Notes: a model not told the origin generated them from the letters alone. Positions 1-8,723 are shown, counted from the first letter of the stretch. The stretch is 16,739 nucleotides of DNA from an uncultured archaeon (GCA_964589775.1 CAZPUN010000032.1:1-16739); one strand, 5' to 3'. A program made the numbers and translations.

Positions 1-1
1 T

Positions 2-268
2 CAGAGGACAGATATTAAACACGTATATCGGCAATTTGAGTCTGTCGGTAGTATGTTTAAGGGATATGAGCCGATATATATAATTGTAGCACCAAAAGTT
101 CAAGAATCAATTTTTGAAATGATTGAGGAGATCACCACAGAAAATACCAAGAAGCATAGAATCTATTTCATAACCGGAAAATCGTTGCAGAAGATTTTAG
201 GCGACTCGGTTTTTGAAATGTTCGAAGAGTTCCGTACCCTCGCCACAAAAAATAGAGAACTGTTATGA
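2..268 (+). CDS. 5'-truncated hypothetical protein; C-terminus resembles the end of a PD-(D/E)XK / Mrr-like restriction-endonuclease fold
   Basis: The frame is open from position 2 (QRTDIKHVYRQFESVGS-MFKG...), so the ATG at 53 is probably internal. The pattern helix, 'IYIIVAP', helix, 'IYFITGKSL' resembles the Mrr-type 'giiit...i.lidg..L' tail. The catalytic motif would lie outside the window. Confidence 0.55.
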   Translation, partial: QRTDIKHVYRQFESVGSMFKGYEPIYIIVAPKVQESIFEMIEEITTENTKKHRIYFITGKSLQKILGDSVFEMFEEFRTLATKNRELL

Positions 269-793
269 ATACTCTATCGAAAGAAGAATCTGATGTTTCC
301 GGGCTTTCACTATGAAAATAAGGCTCAAAGACCTACATAAATCGATTACACGATTCTAAATGGCATATCACAATGTGTCTTTTTTCAAATTGTTTAAATA
401 CGTCCAAATCTATAATTAGGTGTGGTGAGTGAGCGCATAAAAAATAAAGGCATTTTCGTAGAGGGTAAGGATGCCATAGACTATTAATATCGAGTACTAA
501 AAAGTATGAATATATTTTTTCAATATTGAATAAGGCGAATAGTATCGAATATGCAAAGATATTTCGAGTGATAAGCAATAAATTGGTTTATTATTAAGAA
601 TTAATAAATAAAAAGTAGGAAATCTAAAATATGAAGTCGGTGCTTTTTTGGTTGTACATTATTAAGATGTAAAAATCATGTTATATTATTCTCAAATCCA
701 AATGGTTTGTAAATTAGATATATATTTGTACAAAATGCATTTTATAAAACACGGTGACGAAAAGCATATATGATAACTAGAAAATAGAAGTGA

Positions 794-2278
794 ATGGTGA
801 CTAAATTGTCTGAATATACGCCTAAGAACCCATTTGATGTACTTTTAATTTATGATACTTCAAAATACATTAATCTCTCGAGGGGTGATCCTTATGATGA
901 CCCACCTGTAGTTCCTCAACGTGCCTATGCAGATTTCTATCTAAATTTTGTATTACCCTTGGCTGATGCAAATCATGAGCATCATATTACAGAAGTTCCT
1001 GAAACGCTATTGAAAAAACACTGGAGTGCATTTGTAGGTGGAAAAGCGGAGTTTCCCGAATTATCAGTTGCGTATTTAAATGAAATTAAGAAAATCGTGT
1101 GTAGTGAATCTAAAGATCCATCATGTTTTTGGAATTTACTGAGGGAACTTGCAACTTATGCTCAAGGAGGCGATTATACAAATCCTCAAGGTATGGGTTC
1201 TTTGGTAAGCCATGATATAGGTTATGAAGGTCTTGTGCAGTATATCTTTGAAAAAATTCGAAAGATTCCTGTAAATCCACATGACTCGGTCATCATAACA
1301 AATGGAGCCACTGAGGCTATTAGTCTATTATTTTCTACACTAAATAAAATTGGATTTCTCCAGAAGGGCGATGAAATAATAACTGTGGAACCATTGTACA
1401 GCCCATATTTACTAAAAATATTCGGAGAAGGCTATAAGACCCTTCCATTATTGGCAGATCCAGAACTCGATTGGCAAATACCCGATGAGGCTATTGATGA
1501 ACTAGCTGACCGCATAGGAAAAAGAACGAAAGCACTCATAATGGTCAATCCAGGAAATCCAACAAGTACAATAATTGAAGATCGAACGATCGACAAGCTT
1601 GCAAAACTCGCAGATGATTTGAATATACTAGTAATCTCAGATATTGTATATTCACAGCTATGTGTTCGCAAAGATCCGCATTTCATATCTCGACATGAAT
1701 CCCTTCAAAATCAGCTAATTACGATTGATTCAACATCTAAGTTATTCCAAGATCCAGGAGATCGCGGAGGAATAATTCTTAGTAAAGTAGACCAGGAATT
1801 CCTTGAGCAACATTTGGGCGATATTTCAAAATTACGTGCAAAATACCGTATGAAAAACACCGACGGCCTTGGACGAATTTTAACACTAGAAAAGAATGCA
1901 TATAACAAAAATTCTCCTGCGTCAGTTCAAGTTAAACACTTATTCTATTGGACTTGGTACATAAAAGAACCTCATGCATTACGTAAGAGAGTCTTAGAGG
2001 ATGCGAAAAAGTATGAAGAATTTTTCTCCGGCTTAGGGCTTCCAAAACGCGACAACTTTGTGCCGTATTATCGATTTGTAAATATACGCGACTTAACAGA
2101 TGAACGACCAGTACCAAAATCCGATGATTTCGTACGAAAGATTGCGGAAAAAGGCGTATTGTTATTACCCGGATATTTCTTTACAGATCCCAAGCTTGGA
2201 GACCAATATGTTCGAATATGTGTTGCAAATAGTTCTGAAGAAAAGTTGAAAAAGGCTCTTGAACTTATCAAAAAATAA
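794..2278 (+). CDS. PLP-dependent fold-type I enzyme (aminotransferase class I/II), aspartate 4-decarboxylase (AspD/AsdA)-like
   Basis: Class I/II motifs: ITNGATEA, VNPGNPT, ISDIVY, STSK (PLP lysine) and VRICVAN. AspD-like extras: NPFDVL (cf. SPFEL), NLSRGDP (cf. NAGRGNP), GGDYT (cf. GDNYP), GFLQKGDEI...PLYSPY (cf. LLKKGDKI...PIFTPY), GLGLP...YY and KIAEKGVLLLPGYFF. At 494 aa it is longer than ordinary AspAT. Confidence 0.85.
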   Translation: MVTKLSEYTPKNPFDVLLIYDTSKYINLSRGDPYDDPPVVPQRAYADFYLNFVLPLADANHEHHITEVPETLLKKHWSAFVGGKAEFPELSVAYLNEIKKIVCSESKDPSCFWNLLRELATYAQGGDYTNPQGMGSLVSHDIGYEGLVQYIFEKIRKIPVNPHDSVIITNGATEAISLLFSTLNKIGFLQKGDEIITVEPLYSPYLLKIFGEGYKTLPLLADPELDWQIPDEAIDELADRIGKRTKALIMVNPGNPTSTIIEDRTIDKLAKLADDLNILVISDIVYSQLCVRKDPHFISRHESLQNQLITIDSTSKLFQDPGDRGGIILSKVDQEFLEQHLGDISKLRAKYRMKNTDGLGRILTLEKNAYNKNSPASVQVKHLFYWTWYIKEPHALRKRVLEDAKKYEEFFSGLGLPKRDNFVPYYRFVNIRDLTDERPVPKSDDFVRKIAEKGVLLLPGYFFTDPKLGDQYVRICVANSSEEKLKKALELIKK

Positions 2279-2280
2279 AC

Positions 2281-2297
2281 TTTTTTCTTCTTTTTTT
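2281..2297 (+). terminator. Archaeal-type oligo-T terminator
   Basis: TTTTTTCTTCTTTTTTT immediately after the TAA at 2278. Confidence 0.6.
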
Positions 2298-2384
2298 GCG
2301 TTTATTATATAGTTTATATAAGAGAATTGTGTAATTATTATTTGAGTGCTGGGTGGAACAACTAATAAGTCTGGTGTCTAAAAA

Positions 2385-4382
2385 ATGCCTGAAGCTGTAT
2401 TATCCAAATACAAATGCTTAGTTTCGCCAATAGATCAAGAACATTTTGTGAATACTATAAAGCGAAAGGAAGATTTGCTGAAAATTCTTCAAGCTTTTAA
2501 AGAGGATATGCTTAACGAATTATATCACGATGTTGATACATATCATGTATTGTTAGTGATTTTGTTTTCGGCGGGAAGAATTAAAGAAGTTCAACAAATT
2601 GCTGAAGCAAAAAGAAAAAAGTTTCCGAGTCTTGAAGCAGAATTATTAATAATTAATACCTATGTGTATGAGAATAACATCTCTTATGGACAATGGGAAT
2701 CTAAATTTGAGAAATTCATAAATGATTTTAAGAATCAAAATAAGCCTCGCTCACTTGCAGTCTTAAAGTTATTATATATTAACGGGCTTACTCAAATTTG
2801 GAACAAATTCAAGGAGACCATAGAGTATCTTCCTGAAATTTTTAATACCCTAAATGAACTCATTGCAGAATGTAAACACGCTCGTATATATGAGGGAATT
2901 GCAAATAGCTTTGGTGCTTGGGCATATTATCAATTGGGCAACTTAAACAAAGCAAGTGATTATTTATCGAAGGCATATGAAATAATTGAAGAATCTGAAG
3001 ACCCAATTGAAATTATCCGAATTTTACATCTGCGACTTTTGATTTTTGGAGAGCTTGGACACGCTAAGAAAAGCATTGAGGATGGTCATACGCTCATAAA
3101 ATTACGCGAGAGTATCGGAGATTTTCGTGGCGTTTCGACTACTATGAATAACCTTGCGTTGCAGTATTGGAGCATAGGAGAACTAAAAAAGGCAGAGGCA
3201 CTATTAGAAAAATCAATTAAAATTTTTGAAGAAAACGTAGGCAGACCACCGATTCTTCCATTATTAAATCTTACTACGATCTACATTACCAGTGAAGAGT
3301 ATGAAAAAGCATATAAAATGGCTATGAAGGCACTCGAAATATCGAAAAAGACGAACATTACGCATCCGGGAATTCCCGCATCAGTTGCTCGTGTTTTAAT
3401 TGCAATGAAAAAATATGATGAGGCAGAAAAATATCTGAATGAACTTAAGAAATTGGCAGAAGAGCGAAAATCAGATAGATACTTAAGTGAATATTACTTC
3501 TTAAAAGGAACACTAGACATGGAGCAAATGGATTTCAAATCTGCTGAAGATGCGTTTATTAAATCACTTGAATTATCAGAACCATTAAACCTTTTATCAG
3601 AAATTGTAGATGCACACATAAAAATCGCTGAAATCGCATTGAATAAATACAAAATTACTAATAATGAGGCGGATTTACAGAAGGCACGGAAGCATCTATA
3701 TTATGCGAAAAAAGAATGTGAAGAACAAGACCTAGAACGACAACTCATTCAGATCATTCAAATGGAAGCCATATTGGACAAACTCGCTGGAAAACACGAG
3801 CATGCGGAATCTCTCATTAACGATGCACTTAAACGATTTGCAGAAGAACATCATAAACGACTACATGAAACACTTCAAGATATTAGAAAAGCACGTTCTG
3901 CTAAAGACCGCTCAAGATTGTTTGATTCATTCTTCAAACATACGCGTAATTTCTTAAAATTTGCAGTTACTCGAAGGCTCAAGAAGATTAATTACAAGGT
4001 TCTTGGCTACATCATAATGACACGTTCTTCAGGAATTTCCATAGCTTCAAAAATGTACGATAAAAAACTAACAACAGACTCGGATCTCGTAGCAGGCGTA
4101 ATCTCTGCGGTTAGTAGTTTTATCACCGAGATATCAAAAGATGAAGGACTATTGCGATCGATCGTTCATGAAAATATATCAATTTTGCTTGATTATGATA
4201 ACAACTATATTTATGCGTTACTCACAGATAAGGATACATATGCAGCCCGACGATTACTTGAACGCATAAAGAATGAGTTTAACAAGGCATACAATATCGA
4301 CATAAACACATGGGATGGTAATTTGAAGGTCTTCAAACAAGCCAGCGATGTTGTAAATAAGATAATTGAAGAAGCAACTTAA
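2385..4382 (+). CDS. TPR-repeat protein with C-terminal longin-like domain (Asgard-type architecture)
   Basis: Multiple TPR-like units (e.g. GDFRGVSTTMNNLALQYWSIGELKKAEALLEKSIKIFEE; YYFLKGTLDMEQMDFKSAEDAFIKSLELSE). The last ~130 aa (from ~3981) read VLGYIIMTRSSGISI...DSDLVAGVISAVSSFITE...LRSIVHENISILL...F...WDGNLKVF, matching the longin-like consensus common in Asgard proteins. GGTG SD-like motif at ~2373. Confidence 0.85.
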   Translation: MPEAVLSKYKCLVSPIDQEHFVNTIKRKEDLLKILQAFKEDMLNELYHDVDTYHVLLVILFSAGRIKEVQQIAEAKRKKFPSLEAELLIINTYVYENNISYGQWESKFEKFINDFKNQNKPRSLAVLKLLYINGLTQIWNKFKETIEYLPEIFNTLNELIAECKHARIYEGIANSFGAWAYYQLGNLNKASDYLSKAYEIIEESEDPIEIIRILHLRLLIFGELGHAKKSIEDGHTLIKLRESIGDFRGVSTTMNNLALQYWSIGELKKAEALLEKSIKIFEENVGRPPILPLLNLTTIYITSEEYEKAYKMAMKALEISKKTNITHPGIPASVARVLIAMKKYDEAEKYLNELKKLAEERKSDRYLSEYYFLKGTLDMEQMDFKSAEDAFIKSLELSEPLNLLSEIVDAHIKIAEIALNKYKITNNEADLQKARKHLYYAKKECEEQDLERQLIQIIQMEAILDKLAGKHEHAESLINDALKRFAEEHHKRLHETLQDIRKARSAKDRSRLFDSFFKHTRNFLKFAVTRRLKKINYKVLGYIIMTRSSGISIASKMYDKKLTTDSDLVAGVISAVSSFITEISKDEGLLRSIVHENISILLDYDNNYIYALLTDKDTYAARRLLERIKNEFNKAYNIDINTWDGNLKVFKQASDVVNKIIEEAT

Positions 4383-4399
4383 ATTTCTTATTCTTTTTC

Positions 4400-6133
4400 T
4401 TATATTTTTGCTCTTAGGCTAAGAGAATTTATCTGCTCATAAAGAATAGCCAACATAATATTTACAAATTCATTAATATGAGTAATTACATAGGCCGAAT
4501 CAAAATGCTCCACAAAATCCGGGTCATACGATTTTGAAGTAACGATAGCAAAAGTTCGTATATTTATTCCGATTAAATCGATAATCTCTTTCATAACTTC
4601 TTCTGCTCTGTCATTATCATAATTCATAGAATCCGTGAAAACGAGAAAAATCTTTGTGGAATTCTTATTGAAATTATCCTTCTCATTTTCCACAACATAT
4701 GCTAAAGATTCAAATGTAGATGTACCCCCTTCAGGTCTTGGAAAGTATCGCCCTGCAAAAATAGGTTCCGTAAATCCTTTGACTTTTCGTATATTTGACC
4801 CATATGTATAAATTCCAAGGCGTACCCGCTCGCCAAGAAGAGGTTTTAACGCCTCAGATACAATGATCGTTGATTTCATGACAAGCGTTCCAGCTTCACC
4901 TTGCATACTTCCGCTCTGGTCAAGAAGAATCAAAATATCAATTTCTGGCATTACTTTCCTATAGCCTTCAAAGATTTGAGGTCTCGGAATATCGCGAGTT
5001 AGGCTCCATTCGTAAGCTTCAAGCATATGCTCTTCCAGTGGGTCACCCCAATCTGCTTTTGAAGCTTCCCAGTCCATTTTCAATTTTTCAAATGCTTTTC
5101 TCAATTCTATGATCAATTGTATATTCTCATTAACTGAATTCATGTAAAACGTATAATCTTTAAATTCAACAATTTGTGTAAACCCCCCTTTTCCAATATT
5201 GTGATATTTTAAAACTCCTCTTTTTTCAAGCAGTTCTGAAATATGCATCCAGTCGCCCAATCCCTTCTCGTATAGTTCGTATATCTCAGATAAAATATCA
5301 TCTGATAAGTATGGTGCAATTCGTCCAATTGGTGTATTCTGCCGCAGTAAGAGAAAAATAAATTTGAAATTTGTTTTTGCATAATTCATAATTTCATCTT
5401 TTACGACAGTCGTACCATACATTTCATTAAGGATTTCCAGAGCCCGCTTGTAGAAATATAATGTACGGATCAACGTACCCCGCGTATTATTAGAATGAAT
5501 AGCTTCAACCAGAACTTTTAAACCTTTGGCATCGAATAGACGCTTCAAAAATTTTTTCTGAGCGGGAAAATACGTGTCAATATATTCATGTATTGAGCCG
5601 TTTAAATGCTTCATACGTACAATTGCAAATACTAATTCGTTAATCGAAAATAAGGCACCCATAACGCCTTTTTCTTCTTCAATCTTGAGCCGTGATAGAA
5701 TTATTGAAGATGTACGAAACTTATCCACCAATCCCGGATATAAAACAGATAAGTAAAACTCAACTCGCTCATCTTCAAGTATATTAGATAGGTCTTTGAT
5801 CAAATCAAAAATATACGGATAATATGATATGATTAATTCCATAAATGATTCATACACTTGAAAGTCTGTTAATAATGCGTGCCCCGTCTCATGAAAGATA
5901 ATTGTTTGTACAAAAGTGTGTAAATCAACTATTGTTAATTCATCAACCATCTTCTCCAATATGGGTTCATATATATAAATTGCGGAGCCATCTGTCCAAC
6001 CGGGGCTTGAAACACCTCGTACGAATTCTTTACGGATATAGATGATTGGAAGATTCAGAGGGTTTGTGAATTGGTTTAGCTTTAGTTTTGCATTTTGGAA
6101 TTTCGAATTATTAGGTCGTTTTATGGGGTACAC
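4400..6133 (-). CDS. vWA domain protein with N-terminal HExxH zincin-like domain (CobT/NorD/CbbO/DUF2201-like MoxR partner)
   Basis: N-terminal GWTDG...IIFHETGH (HExxH at 5879-5893) and NILEDERVE. C-terminal vWA with a complete MIDAS: ILLDQSGSM, GGTST, LVFTD. GTG start preceded by an AGAGGGA SD-like sequence. Confidence 0.9.
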   Translation of the reverse strand: MYPIKRPNNSKFQNAKLKLNQFTNPLNLPIIYIRKEFVRGVSSPGWTDGSAIYIYEPILEKMVDELTIVDLHTFVQTIIFHETGHALLTDFQVYESFMELIISYYPYIFDLIKDLSNILEDERVEFYLSVLYPGLVDKFRTSSIILSRLKIEEEKGVMGALFSINELVFAIVRMKHLNGSIHEYIDTYFPAQKKFLKRLFDAKGLKVLVEAIHSNNTRGTLIRTLYFYKRALEILNEMYGTTVVKDEIMNYAKTNFKFIFLLLRQNTPIGRIAPYLSDDILSEIYELYEKGLGDWMHISELLEKRGVLKYHNIGKGGFTQIVEFKDYTFYMNSVNENIQLIIELRKAFEKLKMDWEASKADWGDPLEEHMLEAYEWSLTRDIPRPQIFEGYRKVMPEIDILILLDQSGSMQGEAGTLVMKSTIIVSEALKPLLGERVRLGIYTYGSNIRKVKGFTEPIFAGRYFPRPEGGTSTFESLAYVVENEKDNFNKNSTKIFLVFTDSMNYDNDRAEEVMKEIIDLIGINIRTFAIVTSKSYDPDFVEHFDSAYVITHINEFVNIMLAILYEQINSLSLRAKI

Positions 6134-6167
6134 TTTAATTTCCCTCTACGTTATGAATTTTTTAAAT

Positions 6168-7217
6168 CTATGTACTAGCATAGTCTTGCATGATTTTTGC
6201 CATTGCATTGAACATTCCTACTAATTGTACCATAGATCGATTAATCACATCTTTCATGGTATAGAAGATATCCTTAATTCCACGAGGTATTGAAATGTTT
6301 GAAAAAATATTTTTCAAGTCGTAGGAATCGATAATCAAGTACAATCGCAGGAAAATAATTTTCTCTTCAAAATTTACTGCTGTTTTTAGTCTTTGAAATA
6401 AAATATCCTGTATAATTTCATTAATGGATACTTTTTCAAACGAGCTAAAAAACAATCCTTGCTTATAGTATTTTAATAATTCATCAGAAAACAATCGATA
6501 ATAATAATCATATGGATTGGGAGGTTGAAATCCACTTATGAGGTCAATATTCCCATCTGGAAATTTCTTATGAATATAGCAAAGCGCAATATATACAAGG
6601 TCGTATGCTTCTTTGAATACGTTTTTCTTTCTTTTGGTAAATAGTTTGTTATTTTTGAGCTCAAGGATCAGCTCATAACGAGGAATACCTACAAAATGCT
6701 GGTGGTCATCTATGTGAAGTTTCCCATAAGTATATAAAATTTCGTTCAATAAATTTACAACTTTAGATAGATTAATGTCTTCCGAATAATCCTTAAGATA
6801 TGGTACAACAAAGGGTTCATTTGACAATTTTGCGAGATAATACATTATAATCTTGGACATGAAATCGTTCATGAATTTTTTAGTACTCTTCAGGAATCGT
6901 TCATATCTATGTGATGCATCATATATAAACTCAAGTGCCATAAATTCTAATAATTCCAAGTTCTTCCGAATTTTTTCAATATTGGTCCCTTCAAGTATGT
7001 ATTTTAATGCACGGTCAACTTCTTTTTCTACATAAAATTGAGTGTAGTCATAATCTCCAAGATCAAATAAGTCAATTTCTGTAAATGGTTTTCTCAAATA
7101 CCCCTTCATTATTTCCAAGTTATTCATTTCATCGCACGGAGTTTCATCGTCGTGCATCCAAATTTGCGTTTTGCTATCATAGTTCAATACTTTATTATGG
7201 GCTTCACACTTTATCAT
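6168..7217 (-). CDS. Hypothetical protein (349 aa), mostly helical, possible N-terminal C-x2-H-x14-H-x5-C metal-binding motif
   Basis: Long ORF with normal composition. It ends 34 bp before the vWA start, so the two are likely co-transcribed. No family recognised. Confidence 0.75.
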   Translation of the reverse strand: MIKCEAHNKVLNYDSKTQIWMHDDETPCDEMNNLEIMKGYLRKPFTEIDLFDLGDYDYTQFYVEKEVDRALKYILEGTNIEKIRKNLELLEFMALEFIYDASHRYERFLKSTKKFMNDFMSKIIMYYLAKLSNEPFVVPYLKDYSEDINLSKVVNLLNEILYTYGKLHIDDHQHFVGIPRYELILELKNNKLFTKRKKNVFKEAYDLVYIALCYIHKKFPDGNIDLISGFQPPNPYDYYYRLFSDELLKYYKQGLFFSSFEKVSINEIIQDILFQRLKTAVNFEEKIIFLRLYLIIDSYDLKNIFSNISIPRGIKDIFYTMKDVINRSMVQLVGMFNAMAKIMQDYAST

Positions 7218-7283
7218 TTCAAAAAATTACTATGGTATCTAGACACTAATAACTATTTTGAAAATTCCTTTTTATATGAGATA
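7218..7283. promoter_or_regulatory. Short divergent promoter region with imperfect dyad symmetry
   Basis: 66 bp between the divergent ATGs at 7217 (-) and 7284 (+). TTTCAAAA (7217-7224) and TTTTGAAA (7256-7263) flank a central TCTAGA (7238-7243). Confidence 0.4.
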
Positions 7284-8357
7284 ATGCCATATATAAAGGT
7301 AGACCGTAAAAAATTTCAAGGTGGCAGGAGTTTGACAAAGGACCCATTAACGGATTTGAGCATGAAAGAACGTTTCAGATTAATTTGGAGTCTTGTTGAA
7401 AAGCGAATTCCGCTCTTCTTGTTAGGACCTGCAGGAAGCGGTAAAAGCTACATCGGCATGATGATTATGAAAATGTTTGCGAAGCAATATTTGGAATCCG
7501 CAGAAATTGTTCGCCTAAATGAAATGGAAGAAGTTGACATAATATCATCGGAGATAAAAGCGTTGTACATTGCTGGTTCTGCAAATGTCACAAAATTGGA
7601 CCTACTGGGCGGTAGAACTCTTGAGGAAGGTAGTTACGTACGACGGAAAGGTGTTATACCTAAAATGATCAAGAACGGGGGAATCATATTTTTGGATGAG
7701 GTGACAAGTTTGCCACCACAGTTCAATATTTTACTGAATGAACTAATTGACCGTTTAATTAATAGGACCTGCCATCCGGACTTTTACATAATGTTTGCCG
7801 GAAATCCAAAAAGTTATCTTGGGGCGAATGAGTTACCAGACTCCACTCTTGAGCGTCTAACCACATTATGGTTCGATTACTATACCTATGATGATGAAGT
7901 AAATGTATTAGATGCGATGATTCAAAAGATTTATCAAGATGGAGATGAAATTTTTAATCCAAAAGACGGATATATGGCATTTTTGAGATTTATTACTGGA
8001 CTTATTAGACGGCTTCGAGAGGATCCCACACTTGGGCAAATAAATCTACCGCTCAGTGTTCGAAGTATGTTAAATCTATTTCAGAATGTTCATAATTTTT
8101 CAGTAATGAATCCAAAAATAGAAATTGAAATATCTACATTAGAGCGGCTTGGCCTTTATCAAACGATTAAGCGTCGCATGCCTAAGAATCTTTTGGACGG
8201 CTGGAATGAAAAAAGCATTGAAGACCTTATAGACTACATGGCAAAACATAAAATCACTTGGGGCGACATACGAAAATCAATTGCATCTTTGGGGGTAATT
8301 CAAAAGCTTAGGGGTACACAAGCATATGAGCTTATTGTTTCGCTTGTCCCGCAATAA
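7284..8357 (+). CDS. MoxR-family AAA+ ATPase (CbbQ/NirQ/NorQ/GvpN-like)
   Basis: Walker A GPAGSGKS, helix-2 insert DLLGGRTLEEGSYVRRKGVI, Walker B IIFLDE, sensor-1 HPDFYIMFAGNP, arginine finger LPDSTLERL and sensor-2 LSVR. Start moved from 7152 (which overlaps the opposite-strand gene) to the ATG at 7284, giving 357 aa. Confidence 0.92.
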   Translation: MPYIKVDRKKFQGGRSLTKDPLTDLSMKERFRLIWSLVEKRIPLFLLGPAGSGKSYIGMMIMKMFAKQYLESAEIVRLNEMEEVDIISSEIKALYIAGSANVTKLDLLGGRTLEEGSYVRRKGVIPKMIKNGGIIFLDEVTSLPPQFNILLNELIDRLINRTCHPDFYIMFAGNPKSYLGANELPDSTLERLTTLWFDYYTYDDEVNVLDAMIQKIYQDGDEIFNPKDGYMAFLRFITGLIRRLREDPTLGQINLPLSVRSMLNLFQNVHNFSVMNPKIEIEISTLERLGLYQTIKRRMPKNLLDGWNEKSIEDLIDYMAKHKITWGDIRKSIASLGVIQKLRGTQAYELIVSLVPQ

Positions 8358-8397
8358 AGCTCGAAATTAGAGAAGTAATACACGTTCGAAGAAAAGA

Positions 8398-8721
8398 TCA
8401 TTGTATTTCATTTAAAAGAACACGAAAGTTCTTCAATTTTTCCCTTACCTTTTTAGAACCTTCAGAAGTAATTGAAATTACAGTAGTGGGTTTGACATCT
8501 ACGAAACCTCGTTTTATTTTAACTAAGTCAAGTTCTGAGAGCTTTTTCAGATGGCTGGAAAGATTGCCGGGGGTAAGTTCCAATGCTTTTTCGATCTCTG
8601 TAAATTTTGCAGACCCCACTAAATACAAATAAATCAGTATTGAAAGTCGTGTGGGATTCATTATGTCCTTATCGTTTTTTAGTAAATCTATGAGGATTTT
8701 AGATATGCCATCTGGAATCAC
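8398..8721 (-). CDS. Winged-helix transcriptional regulator (ArsR/MarR-like, HTH_34 type)
   Basis: NPTRLSILIYL...AKFTEIEKALELTPGNLSSHLKKLSELDLVKIKRGF...KPTTVISITSEG is a typical HTH_34 consensus. It lies 2 bp downstream of the membrane-protein stop. Confidence 0.9.
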   Translation of the reverse strand: MIPDGISKILIDLLKNDKDIMNPTRLSILIYLYLVGSAKFTEIEKALELTPGNLSSHLKKLSELDLVKIKRGFVDVKPTTVISITSEGSKKVREKLKNFRVLLNEIQ

Positions 8722-8723
8722 GT

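Noticed and set aside
425-487. Short frame MSERIKNKGIFVEGKDAIDY* with upstream AGGTG and a TOPRIM-like 'IFVEG'
   Set aside because: Only 20 codons, it lacks the expected EGxxD spacing and there is no downstream support. It may be a remnant but cannot be supported.
333-578. 81-aa minus-strand ORF
   Set aside because: No recognisable motif or SD, and the composition is typical of AT-rich intergenic shadow ORFs.
1432-2271. Antisense ORFs inside the PLP enzyme gene (similar shadow ORFs at 5574, 6042, 6853, 8749, 9058, 9546, 9852, 10696, 11449, 11464, 12201, 12220, 13001, 13051, 14775)
   Set aside because: They overlap well-supported genes on the opposite strand or in an alternative frame, and none has a motif.
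7152-7283. N-terminal 44-aa extension of the AAA+ ORF
   Set aside because: It overlaps the start of the divergent gene and is non-globular. The ATG at 7284 is more plausible.
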